64,000 nt of DNA from Lytechinus pictus (Eukaryota), in contig NC_087251.1 of assembly GCF_037042905.1 (NCBI RefSeq), forward strand, positions 186,001 to 250,000, given 5' to 3'. The notes beneath the pieces were generated by a model. The model was not told where the DNA came from and did no database searches. It saw nothing but the letters and a program-made list of their open reading frames with translations. The stretch's first letter is position 1. Every line of letters starts with the position of its first letter. Of the stretch, positions 24,648-37,515 are shown piece by piece. A program made the translations under genes and the position numbers.

Positions 24648-27600
24648 GCATGCACGCAACATCTATCCACGATTACATCATCCTCGGTCGCGCAGTGACC
24701 ATGGCCACATACATTACATGGAAGGAGGATGAAAGCAGCCTGCGAGGCAACTTGAGTGTGCCGAGTGAAAAAGCTTCTAAATAAGAAGACGACTCGACAA
24801 ACGGGCACGGTAAATGCATCGACCGTAGCCCACTCCACACAAAAAGGAGACGGCGGAGACGCCCGCAAGCTTGACCCACATAGAGGGCAGTCTATAAGAT
24901 AGACTGTTAGAGCTCGACCGATGGCTTGGCGGCGGACAGTTTGGTGTAAACTCGCCGACCCGGCACGGTGGGTGCGCCCAGGAAGTAGGCATAGAAATGC
25001 CGACAGAAAAGCCTGGGGCTTTAAACAAGCCTGAACGCACGTACACAGCCAACAATCTAATGAGATATACGGCTGTTTCTTTCTTCCGAGATGATGCTTA
25101 CCCGACCGGGAAAGACTCGGGGAAGAAGCTATGAATGTCAACAGGAGGGGGTATCTAGCATATAAATAGCCGATTCCCTCCAGGTGTTCGGTGCGGGTGC
25201 TGCCGGCGGGGTCCGGGGGGACGACCGATGATGGCAGCTCGGGCAGGGCTCGTACGAGCCGCCCGAATATGAGATAAATAGGTTAAAAATAACCATAATG
25301 CACCGGGTGGTGAAGGCATAGCGATTACTAAGTATAGGTGAACTATTAATCGCCGTGACATTCAGATCCGATATTCATGCTCATAAGCTCGGAGAGCTAC
25401 GAGATATTGAGACATACCGCTGAGCGGTGATGGTGCTAATATCGGAGTCGCCCTCTCTACAGCGGCGATCGCTGGAGGACTGGTGTCTGTACTAGCCCTG
25501 ACTCAAACCTTACAAGAGTAGGATTTAAAGGTAAAGACAGGGCACCCTTACTTTCGTATAGAAAGTGAGGTTCAGGCAAAAAGCTGACGGTCCCGTCGCC
25601 TGGGCGGACGGTCCGCGGGCGTGATAGGTTGCCCTCTCAAAGGCAGCCAAACATTCTCACGAGAGAAGGACGGTATGCGGTATGTAAGAAATTCTTACCT
25701 CCAATCTACAGGCCCGCCTAGGGGGTAGAATGGAGAGAGTTACCGCTGAAAGAGCCGTCGCCGTAAGTGAAACTTGACGTAGAGGGCGAATTCGGGAGTA
25801 CCTGCATATTAATGGGGGATACCCATGCAGGTGAACTCGCCGACGGCTCCCCGGGGTGCGGGTTGGCGGGAGAAATCTCAATCCGCTCAATACCCGACAC
25901 CGGCAATAAGACCGACAAAAAACAGCAAAGCGGCTTCAGCATCCAACCAGCGATTTCGGGAGCTTGCCGACTTACTGGGTGAGACCCATACGTCGGCAGC
26001 ACCTATACATATCGAGAATTCACCTGTGTGGGTGAAAGGGCCGGCAATTTCATAAAAAAGAGCCGGCGGTTGGTGCGAGGCTGCTGACAAAGCTCGGCCG
26101 TCGCGTAGCGGCGGTCTTATAATGACGGAGAATACGAGGGTAAGAACCCGTAATGCTCGGGGACGTATAGATGCAACCTGTACGGATGCAACGTCCAGCC
26201 GTCGGTCACCGAGAGCTTGCCGACATGTTGATGCTTGAAAGCTGTATGTCGGAAGCACCTGCATAGAAACGGGGGTCACCGTGTAGGTGAACAGCGTTTC
26301 AATAAATGCCCGGCGTGAGAGGGCAGGTGACTGCTTTAACCGCGCAGTGCTTAGCACGGCGGCTGAAGCTGATATGAAGCGTGGGGGAATTACCCGCACT
26401 GCTCGCGGGTGTGTGAAGCAACATGAGAGTTGCGACGCCTGACCCACAATTATCGGGAGTCTGGTGACATAATGGGGGGCTACGCCCGTATGTCGATAAC
26501 ACCTGTGTATTAGCGGGGATTTCCCTTGCAGGTGCGTGAGCCGGCGAATCATGATATTGCCGGTGACTCTCTGAGGTGTGAGATGGCGAACGTCTGCTTG
26601 ACCTGCCCAGTGCTCGACACGGCGGTTTTAGCTGACAGGAGCATGAGGATAAAGATCCGTGATACTCGAGGGCGTTCTGTTGTAACATGAAGTTACAACG
26701 CCTGGCCATCGGCACAAGAATCAGAAAGAAAGGTCTGCCCGCAAAGCGGGATTAGTGACCTAGAATTTCTTCTTCTTCCTCTTCTGTGCGGCCCCCGCCG
26801 GGGGGCAGAAGAGGGCACAAGAGACGGGGAGGGGGACGTGATATCTCGCAAGAGAAAAGTCACCCAAATCTGATCAAGCCGTTCAGGCACATGAACGCAA
26901 TTTCATGGTTCCACCTTTAAGGGCGCGTGGACGCGATTCCACGGTTCAACCCTGATCAGTTAATCGTGAGATTGACGGGGTCGAGCTCACGTTTATCTAG
27001 CGACTAGGTGCTGGTAGCCCTTTGCTAATGCTCCCTGACAGAGACTGACAAAGCATCGAGCCTAGTCTGTGCCGGGAAAAGAGTCCCACGCTCTTAACCC
27101 GGACTTGTCGGACCCGATAGCCGGTGGGTCAAGCAGCCCTGGAGGAGTGAGGTTTTCTATACTAGTACAACACTCCCGAAATAGGTTCAGGTCCCGTCGA
27201 GGGAGCCTTGGCTATCACCTTTCAGGCACGTGGCCGCCGCGCCACGGTTCCACCCTAAAACGCTCGGACATGTGGGCGCGGTTCCACCCTCTTGGGCACG
27301 TGGACGCGACTCCACGGTTCCACCCTTCTTTTTCCAGGGCACGTGGACGCAAACCACGGTTCCACCCTATATAGAGCCCTATGCAAAGGGTCTCACTCTC
27401 TTGCCCTCATACTCACCGCCGCTGATCACAGGGACAATACCATGTCTGGTTCTCTCCCAGCGGCAGGTTGGAGTCATCAAGAGATGAGTCGAACAGCTCA
27501 TCTACCTGGTAAGTTCTTAACCTGAAAGAACAAGTAGGGGCGAAAACAGAGAGGGGGTGGAGGGGTGGGTGGGCAAGAAAGGTGACAAAACAAGATCCCT

Positions 27601-28900
27601 TCCAGAAATTATTAATAATAAAATTAATAAGTCAGGTAATTAACAGGACCACCTTCTTAACATGAGTTATGAGAACAAAGTTAAGAAGCTCAAGTGAGAA
27701 ATTACACGAGCGGGCAGGGCTCGACATGACGTTAATTAATTAACAAGTGGAATGCCTCTGGCCGTCTCACCTGCATCACGCGATTCAATATAGCAGCAGT
27801 GCTGAGTTTGAAAACTACTATAACTCGCACAAGATGTTCAGTGATACTTGGTTACTCTTATTTCCACGTTTTATGAACTAGACCAATACACTTATAGAGA
27901 TATGATGGCAATTCAACAAATACCCCCAACGTGGCCAAAGTTCTTTGACCTTACATGACCTTTGACCTTGATCATGTGACCTGAAACTTGCACAGGATGT
28001 TCAGTAATACTTGATTACTATTATGTCCAAGTTTCATGAATCAGATCCATAAACTTTCAAAGTTATGATGGTAATTCAACAGATACCCCCAATTCGGCCA
28101 AAGTTCATTGACCCTAAATGACCTTTGACCTTGGTCATGTGACGTGAAACTCATGCAGGATGTTCAGTGATACTTGATTAACCTTATGTATAAGTTTCAT
28201 GAACTAGGTCCATATATTTTCTAAGTTATGATGACATTTCAAAAACTTAACCTTAGGTTAAGATTTTGATGTTGATTCCCCCAACATGGTCTAAGTTCAT
28301 TGACCCTAAATGACCTTTGACCTTGGTCATGTGACATGAAACTCAGGCAGGATGTTCAGTAATACTTGATTAACCTTATGGCCAAGTTTCATGAACTAGG
28401 TCCATATACTTTCTAAGTTATGCTGTCATTTCAAAAACTTAACCTCAGGTTAAGATTTGGTGTTGACGCCGCCGTCGCCGTCGCCGCCGCCGCCGCCGTC
28501 GCCGCCGCCGCCGTCGCCGTCGGAAAAGCGGCGCCTATAGTCTCACTCTGCTATGCAGGTGAGACAAAAACAGAAAACGTCTAAGTCCAAGACAAAGAGC
28601 AGGATCAGCTAAGAAAAAAAACACAAGGATTTTTTTTTTTTTTTTTTTGTTCTTTTTGACAAAGGTCGAAAAAGAAAACAAGTAAAAATATAGCTAAATA
28701 TGTCAACAACGGACACTTTAAAAGGGGCAAAGTGGGAGTGTACTTAGCTATACGTCTGATCACGGCGGCAGGCGAAAGTAAAAGAGGAAATGGACGCCTA
28801 TTTGCGTGATGATCTTGGGATAGTGCGTGCGTAGGGAGATGCTACGCGCGCACAGGAAAAACTGTGTACTTTTATTCGGCGTGCAAGTTAATCGTAATGA
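23250..28900 (-). mobile_element. Highly decayed DIRS1-like retroelement, copy 1 (limits approximate)
   Basis: GC-rich; minus-strand remnants RISH*IVGCV, SMPTSWA, SSSNS..YRL in the order expected for a DIRS1 YR C-terminus (~24850-25560); paralogous to ~47390-49740. Confidence 0.6.
27742..28570 (-). mobile_element. Complete HINE/DINE-1-like element copy 2
   Basis: Subterminal IR GTCTCACCTGCAT (27764-76) / ATGCAGGTGAGAC (28553-65), adjacent partial hairpin, (GCC)n microsatellite, ~180-bp core repeats, A-run flanks. Confidence 0.8.
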
Positions 28901-28954
28901 ACTAGCAAATCAAATGAGTATATCCCAGTTATTGATAGTAAATATGAGTCTTAC

Positions 28955-29035
28955 CCCTCTTTCATATTCCTCCCTCATGGCCTGTATCTCAGCCTCAACT
29001 CTGTCATAGTTTTCCTTTCTTTTTGATGAATAGTC
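28955..29035 (-). CDS. CCDC9: Host gene internal exon (81 nt, phase 0-0), coiled-coil segment
   Basis: ctttttcaacag|GAC...GGG|gtaaga; DYSSKRKENYDRVEAEIQAMREEYERG resembles the CCDC9 helix (EWEERRRQNIEKMNEEMEKIAEYER-like). Confidence 0.8.
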
Positions 29036-29309
29036 CTGTTGAAAAAGAATAGAATTTAAAAACTAGATAAATAGAAAAAAAAATCAAAACTTATTTCTAA
29101 GCCTCCCATTGCTACTAAACAAAAAGTCATTAGTTTAAATCTATTCCACAACTGAAGATAGAAACAAACACAAAATCCATATCAATCTATAAAACTTGTG
29201 TTGATTTGATAATCATATTGATGATTACCATCAACAAGAACAATCTTTAAAATATTTATCATCAACCTGCCAGCAGCATCATTATAATCATCATCCTTTA
29301 TTATTTCTA

Positions 29310-30651
29310 CAGTGCGTATAAAAAAAACGGGACAGATTTGAAAAGTCTATATATTTTGGTGTAAATAGGTGCTCTAAGGTCTTATCTTTCAAATGCAATT
29401 AAAAAAATAAACTTTGTTCATGCTTGAGCGAACACGGGACGTTTTTGTTGGGGATTAAAAAAGAGGCTTGCGCCAGAATTGCAGAATATGAGTAATATGA
29501 AGATCAGACTTCTTGCTAATCAGGAGACTTCCTCTTGACCTTTCATTATCTGTGCCACAATTTTCGAATTATGCTGTCAAATTTTATTTACAAATTTATT
29601 TATTTACTTGAATTATTTTGTTTTTTCATTTAAACTTCTCTTACCTTTTAATTTTCCTTCATAAGTAACTGAGAAGAGAAGATTTTTTGTCAACCCAAGC
29701 AAAAAGATTTGCATTATTAATTGGGAAAACTTGTGATTATTCAAATCCTTTTATTAATGTGAAAAAAATTATGTTATGTACATTTAAAAGACATGAATCT
29801 ATTTTTCAAGGGGTCATTGATTCCTTGACCAAGTTTAATTGCTTGACAGGAAACACAGGAAGGGATTCATGTCTTTCAATGACAATGGTGTATCGAGTCA
29901 ATTTTGAAGGAGCTAGATATGGCAGATCGGGTAAAATGTATTAAAAAGTTGTGAGCGAGCCAAGTGAGCACGCAAATATTCCCACTTTTTTATTACATTA
30001 TCAAATTTTGTGATAGATTTTGACATAATATTCAAAAAATAATATCATATTTTACTTTCTATCTTTCCTTTTATTTCCTGTCCACTTTTTTTCTTGGTCA
30101 TGATTTTTTTTTAATTAAGGGGGTTGGGGAGCATCCCAAGCCCCCGCCCATCTGTTTGGCACTGTTCAAAAGGCACCATAACCTTTGTAGCACACGATGA
30201 AAGGATTTGAAAAAAAATCCAGGCTCTCCCATACTTCGGTTGAAACAAAATTGTTTTAGCTTAAAGAAGGAATATTCAAAGCTAACAGAGAGCATATTAA
30301 AAAGAAACAGAATAATTCAAGCAAATAAATAGATCTGAAAATGAATTTTGACCGCATGATTTGAAAATTATGGCAAAGATAATGAAAAGGTTAAGAGGAA
30401 GTCTGCTAATTAGCAAGAAGTCCGATCATCATATTTATAATTTCATGCCATTTTGGCGCAAGCCTCCATTTTAACCCCAGACAAAAACATTCCGTGTTCG
30501 CTCAAGCATGAACGAAACTAAAAAATTTTAATAGCATTTGAAAGATAAGACCTTAGAGCACCTATTAACACCAAAATATAGACATTACAATTTGAAACAA
30601 AAATTGTATAGACTTTTCAAATCTGTCCCGTTTTTTTTTTTTTACGCACTG
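29310..30651. mobile_element. Non-autonomous Tc1/mariner element
   Basis: TA|CAGTGCGTA...TACGCACTG|TA; imperfect TIRs of more than 200 bp. Confidence 0.9.
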
Positions 30652-31879
30652 TATAGAGAAAAAAACATGTAATAGACATTCAAAACTTCTTAGAGGTTTT
30701 TTCAAGTTTTCATCATAGATAAAACTCTGATATTAGAGTCATCCTTATGTCTCCGAGTTGGAACATGATAATGACCGACCACTTTCTGCTTCAAATAATG
30801 TTCAGTCAATGAACTTAATCTTTTCTTGGAATTGTTTACCTAACGATCACCATGTAATATTGCTATTGAAAAAAAAAAAAGTGTGTTTGCACTTCTATGC
30901 TTTGCATATTTTAAAAAGATGCATTAAGTCTCAAAAAAGTAAATTGAAAAGCAGTGGATATTTAAAAAAAAAAAAAAAACAGAGACATCAATAAAAGATA
31001 ATAGGATGATGATTAATGATAATGGTAATGATGATGATGATGGCAACGATGATTTACCAACAAGAACAATTAAAAACAAGGTGGTTCACGAACAAGTCTT
31101 GCCTGATTTCCTGATCGATAAAATATGTATTATGATCTTTTGACCCCTATATAACGTTCCTCATGAACACATGTGTGGTACTACAAAATGATCATTTGCA
31201 CCAAGTGTAAGCACAATTCGTGAGTTTGTAGAATCTATCGCTACCTGCACAAAGTCAATTGATTTCCAGGTTTCGGAGCGTCGAATGCGCCAGCCAATCA
31301 CGACCGTGTTACCATTTTCGGTTAATGATGAACTAAAAAAATTGTAACACAAACGTGATTGGCTGGCACTTTGTATGCTTAAGCTGCAAAATAAACATGG
31401 CGACGATTGAATGATCTCAGTCACAACTTGAGAAACTTGTTGATTTATAGATATTCCGAGGGTAAATGGTGAGATTCAAAATGAGACTTGTGTACTTCTG
31501 TGATGAGTTACAATCATGTCTTACACTACACAGTACAAATCATACACATTAACGTTATATTGGTAAGCAATTTCAGGTATCGGGTATTGATTTTTCTACC
31601 CGGGTACCTGAGGCTTCCGGGCGGGACCCGGGTACCCGGGTTTTAGTCCCAGCCCTATCTCTGCCAAACTTCGTTCAGGCGAAACAAAAACGTCATCCTG
31701 ATCAGCACCATCATCATCACCATTACATACCAAGCAAGGTGCTCAAACACTCCTCCCCCTGCTTATCTACTGATATTGACGATAACCACTTTCAAAGAGG
31801 TCCTTTCAACTCCTGGATCTTTTTCAATTCATGCATTTCTTAGTAAATGCACCATTAAAGTTCATTACCATGAGAGACT

Positions 31880-32561
31880 TGTGGGTCAACAATTATTTCC
31901 TAAGACATAAAAGATAGCATGGTGCAGGGAAGAATATAATAATCATTAAAACGATAACCGAGGTCCTAGCAAATCTTAGGAATATAAAAACTGCCATTAA
32001 CCCTATTTCACTGGCCTTTGTATGCTACAGCCAAAGAAAAGGCTGAGGCCCTTAATGACCAATTTCTGTCAACATTCACTCTAGAAAGTAGTCAAACATT
32101 GCCTCTAAAGATAGCTATCAGTGCCCACCAATAGGGCACCTACATTTCCATAGGACTGGTGTGGAAAAGCAGTTGAGACAGCTGAATCCATCCGAAGCAT
32201 GTGGTCCAGATGAAATCCCACCAAGACTTCTGAAACTTTTATCCCAAGAAATATCTCCTGCCCTCTCTTTCTTGTACCAGCAAAGCTACAACTCTGGTGT
32301 TACCCCATCACACTGGAGACAAGCGCTTGTTGCCCAGTACACAAGTCAGGTGACAAGAGTGAACCTTCACAGCATCGCCCTATTTCACTCATATGCTGTA
32401 AAGTCACCAGGACCTGTTGTTATAGGAACAAACCCAGCTGTATTTAGAGAGGCCGCACTGCCATTCATCCGCGTGATGCAGCCTCCTGTTGGGTCTCTCA
32501 TGATGTAAACCAAGAGGCAGTTTTTACTTGCATGGTGCACACTCACTTTTAATGTATATAA
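31880..32561 (+). mobile_element. Internally deleted LINE fragment (its 3' UTR probably resumes at 34894)
   Basis: KAEALNDQFLSTFT, LNPSEACGPDEIPPRLLK, WRQALV. Confidence 0.8.
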
Positions 32562-34893
32562 GGGCATTTTCACCACAGATGGACACAGAGGCAAAAAAAT
32601 CAAGTTGATATTCATGTCAAATGCTTTATGTTTTTTAATAAAACAAGACCTGAAGTTTCTGAGACAAAATTTTTTTCCGACTCTGGCAGCCATTTTTATT
32701 TCAAAATGGCTGCCAAAGTATGGATACAAATTAGTGTTGAAAATAGTATATTGATACATATTTTGTTTTGACAGATTTTTAAAGAACAGGTTTGATCATG
32801 ATGTTTTTGCCTGTGATTTAGCTTGCTATTATAACACTTTTTAAAATCCCATAGAAAGAAACACCAGTAATTCATTCATCTGATAAAAAAACATTGATGA
32901 AGTATGTGATATGGTGTGTAATGTCAGTTACCAAAAACATGAACTTTTTTTTCTCATTTCCTGGAAAAGAGGATATATTATATGAAACTTGGTAGATTTC
33001 CTCTCTAGGTAACACCTTTCCCTTCTACACCAAAATTAAAGATTACCAATTAACAATGAAGCCATAGGGTACCATTAAATATATGTAATGTCAGTTACCA
33101 AGTAGAAAATGTAATGTCAGTTACCGAGATGTAATGTCAGTTACCATGATAAAATGTTGGTTACCAATATTAAAATGCAAATATGTGGTCAATTTTATGG
33201 TGAAGAAATATTGTATACTTGTTATTAAAGTCTTTCACTTTAAAAGTCACACCAGAAGGAGCTTGCTATTGACTTTTAAAAGGTATAGTTCACAAGGAAT
33301 ACTATATGAAATTATGAAGGAAGTTGCATTCCCATCGTGCAAAAAAAATTACTATGAAATTGTTTTGTACATGCACTTACCAAGTACCTAATTGTTTGTA
33401 TCAGACAATTTTTTATTTGGCTTTCGGGGGGGGGGGGGGGGGTAGGGGGTCCTTTTCCCAACCTATTGCCTAAATCTGCAACATTTTTTAGCTTAACATT
33501 GTGATGAAGGGGATTTCCAGGGTCCCTTTTTTAGTTTCTAGGATTCTTTTGAGCATTGCCTCGATAAAAGTAAATTCCTGGTTTTTATACCTGTTAGTAG
33601 TGTGGATGTGTGATACAATTTTGTATTGGTTTACAAGTATAGATGAAAAGTGAAATTTGACAGTTCTGATCAATGTTGCATGGATCTACGTACTAAAACT
33701 GTTTTTTTTTCTAATTTACAAATAGTTCAGTTTCAGTTTAGAAGCTGAAGTTTATTTTTTGTTGACAGCTTAAAAAAGAAATTAGCAAAGAAAATGATTA
33801 AACAAATTATGAAGAGAATTGAAATCCGACAGATATGAACAAGCATTGCTTGCACTGACCAGAATAGAAATCAATGAAACTACATGGCTGCATGAGATTC
33901 GGGGGAGGGGTACGTGTAGCCTAGGGGAGGAGACCCTTATTCATTTTGCCTTTTTTGAGGGGAGGGGGAGGTTGGAGAAGGAAAAGGTTTAAAAAGTCAA
34001 TATAAAACTGATGAATAAATTATGGGTGTATAGTCAGAAAAGCCATGTGTACAGTCAATGCAATATTAAATTACTATAGGAAAACATGTAGCTACTATGA
34101 CCCCACCCCCCTCCCAAGTAAGTAAAACATACATTTCTTATCTTTTGATAATTAAAAATGTGAAGTATTAAACTATTATGAAACTTTTATGATTTTAAAA
34201 AGCCTTACATATAAGTACCAAAATAATTATGCCTTTGAAAATCATATAGCACTGGTAAATGTTAATGTGTATTGTCAGTTACCGACAAGTAATGATAAAA
34301 ATGTTCAAATCAAAGAAAGGAATTAAGAAAAAGAAAAAAAAATTCATTGAAATGTTCCTAGAAACTCGGGTATACTTCCACATCAAGCTCACTTTCATGT
34401 GAAGCCCTGCACAGAAGATACAATGCAATGATTCCACACATTTGACTTCCATGTGTTATCTCTATGGCAAATTAAGTGTAATGTCAGTTACCGTAATGTC
34501 AGTTACCAGCATGGTTGTGGAAAAATTATCATAGCCCCCAAAAGACAAAAACAAATTGTTTAATATTTTGACACATCTTAATCTAGTAACGGAGGTATAT
34601 TTACATATTCAAATTATTACTCTATCTACTCAGGGACATGAGATATTTTAATTTTAATGAACACCCTGAAATTGCATGTCCTTTTGCGTAATGTCAGTTA
34701 CCGACACATTTTTGCTTGCTGATGCGTACAAAAATGTGGTTACATAGGAAAACTTAGTATCAGAGTATACAGCAAGGTTCACTTTATTAACTCTATCAAA
34801 AGCAAACTCCCATCATTTGTTGTTTTAGAGATACACACAATGAAAGGTGTGAAAACATTGTGCCGTGTAATGTCAGTTACCGTGAAAATGCCC
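32562..34893 (+). mobile_element. Complete non-autonomous DNA transposon (Sola2-like), copy B
   Basis: 12-bp TIR GGGCATTTTCAC/GTGAAAATGCCC; 4-bp TSD ATAA (32558-61, 34894-97); many GTAATGTCAGTTACC motifs. Confidence 0.85.
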
Positions 34894-34944
34894 ATAAGTG
34901 AAATTTCAAATTACCTCACCATGGCACCTTGCACTGATACTATT

Positions 34945-37515
34945 TCTCCTATAGGATAACGTTGGTAGATTTAGTTTCTTCAGTCGTTCCATGTAGCTCA
35001 AGTTCTTCAGATGTGGAATTAGCTTGGTTGCTCTACGTTGGATTTTTTCCAGTTTTATGATGTCTTTCTTGAGATAGGGGTGCCATACACTACTGCAGTA
35101 TTCTAAAGATGGTCGTATGATTGACTTGTAAAGTTGAACCAGACCTCTTTCATCCAAGTTTGAGAAAGTTCTCTTGATAAGTCCTAAGAGGCGGTTTGCT
35201 TTGGCACAAGCTTTGATCACATGTTTAGAAAATTGCAAATTGTTATCAAAAGTTACTCCCAGGTCGTTTTCCTCTGTCACTTTTGGAATTTCAGAAGTGT
35301 CATCTGGTACTAGTAGGTAGCTCATACCTGGATTTTTTCTTCCAATAGACATTACTTTGCATTTCTTCTGGTTGAAAGTTAACTGCCAGTCTCCTGCCCA
35401 CGACGAAAGGTTGAACAAATCATCTTGTAGGCTTACGTTATCATCTTCGTCACGGCGAGGTGCATACAGTTTTGTGTCGTCTGCAAATAATTTTACTACA
35501 GAGTTCTTAGAAATCACATCCGGAAGATCATTAATGAAGATAATAAAGAGGGCAGGGCCGATAACACTACCTTGAGGAATTCCACTGGTCACCTCACATT
35601 CCTTGGACAGTGCTCCATCTACTATCACCCTTTGTTTGCGATCAGAGAGAAACGCTTTGATCCATGTCCATACTTATCCTTGAATTCCATATCCTTGTAC
35701 TTTTGTGAGGAGTCTAGTATGGGGAACACTATCAAATGCTTTGCGGTAGTCCAGGTAAATGCAATCGACTATATCCTTTGCATCAAGGGCAGTACTCCAA
35801 TCATTTGTGACTTCCAGTAGTTGGGTAGTACAAGATCTTCCTTTCCTGAACCCGTGTTGATGAGGCGTTAGTAGCTTATTGGATTCTAAGTGATCCAATA
35901 TCTGATCCCTAACAATTGTTTCCATAATCTTACAAACGACACTTGTAAGACTTACAGGTCGATAATTCTCTGGAACATTTTTCGGTCCCTTTTTGTGAAT
36001 GGGCACCACGTTAGCAGAACGCCACAAGTCAGGGATCTGTCCTGTAATCATTGAGGTGATGAAAATATCTACTAATACTGGGGCTACCATCTCCTGTAAT
36101 TCCTTTAAGATCCTAATATGAATTCCATCAGGACCTGGAGATTTGTCTTGGTCCAGACGTCTTAGTATTTTAATTATAGCTGAACTGTCTATGTGGATAT
36201 CAACTAAGGGATCCACGAAGCATCTGTTCTTGAACTGTGGAATTTCCAAAGTATTTTCAACAGTGAAAACTGAGCTGAAAAACTTATTAAAAACTTCTGA
36301 TTTCTCTTCATTGCTTTTGGCATAAGATCCCTCAGCATTTATCAAAGTAGGTATTCCTAACTTGGATTTTGTCTTGCTGTGTATATACCTCCAGAAACTC
36401 TTTGAGTTGTGCTTGATTTCAGATGAAAGTTTTTTTTCAAAGTCCCTTTTAGCACTGTTAATCTTTTTTGTTGCTTTGTTTCTCATGGTGGTATATATAG
36501 CTCTGGATTTGACCGTATTTCTTTTCTTGCGTCTGTCCCTCTGAAAAACATTCCATGCTTTATGTTTATCTTTAATTGATCTCTTCACTTCAGCATTCAT
36601 CCATAGTGGTTTAGGTTTGCAATTTGTGGATACAAGTGGAACATATCTTTCAGTTAGATATGTCATAGCATTGACAAATGACGTGTATTTATCATCAACT
36701 TGATCACGATTAAAAACATCACAAAATATATCGTTCTTCCCGGCATCTTTCCTCATTTCATCGTAATAACCTTTGTAATACGCATGTCTATTCCTCTCTT
36801 GGGCTCACTACCTAGTGCTAAAAAAAGTTCAAAGGATATGGCGAGGTGGTCGCTTTTTCCAAGAGGGGCTTGGAGTTGGATATTGCTTATCATGTCTGGC
36901 TGGTTTGTAAGCACAAGATCAAGAATATTGCTCACTTGTCCTTCACGTAGCCTGGTAGGTTCTGTAACTAGTTGACTCATAAACATATCCTCTATACAAT
37001 CTATAAATCTGGAGCTAAAGTTCTCTATGGGATCAGAGGTTTTCGGCGGATTCCATGTCACTTGCGGGAGATTAAAATCGCCAACGACTAAGGTAAGTGG
37101 AAAGCCTAGCCCTTCGATCTACCTCAATAGACTTACTGTAGTAAGGATTCATTATTCTGAGCATGACTGTTCGGACTGCGATATATACATCCAATAAGTA
37201 TTGTAGGTTTACCTGGTTTTGGAGTAATACTGCACCAGATACTTTCGGCAAAATTATCACTTGTGAGAACCAAGTTTGCTTTTAGATCCATTTTAGTATA
37301 AATGACTACACCTCTTTTGCGAAATTCCAAATCTGGCAAGAACATGTCATATCGTGGAATGGCGTATTCAACATCTTCTATTTCCGTCCTGGAGAATTTA
37401 GGGCATATTTCTGACAAGGCGATAATTGCTGGATTTTCAGTTTCAATTCTACATATCAACTCATTTCTTTTGTTCATCAGAGAGTCAACATTGCTATAAA
37501 AACATTTGTAGGGTA
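34945..37515 (-). pseudogene. CR1-like ORF2 (APE endonuclease plus RT), frameshifted
   Basis: IALSE, CIYRSP, LDLVLTN, SDHLAI, SPGPDGIH, NYRPVSLTS, LDYRKAFDSVPH, GIPQGSVIGP, LFADDTK. Confidence 0.93.

Noticed and set aside
23475..27525. Many 60-225 aa ORFs suggesting a viral or novel gene cluster
   Set aside because: Expected in GC-rich sequence, not preserved between the two paralogous copies, better explained as decayed DIRS-like DNA
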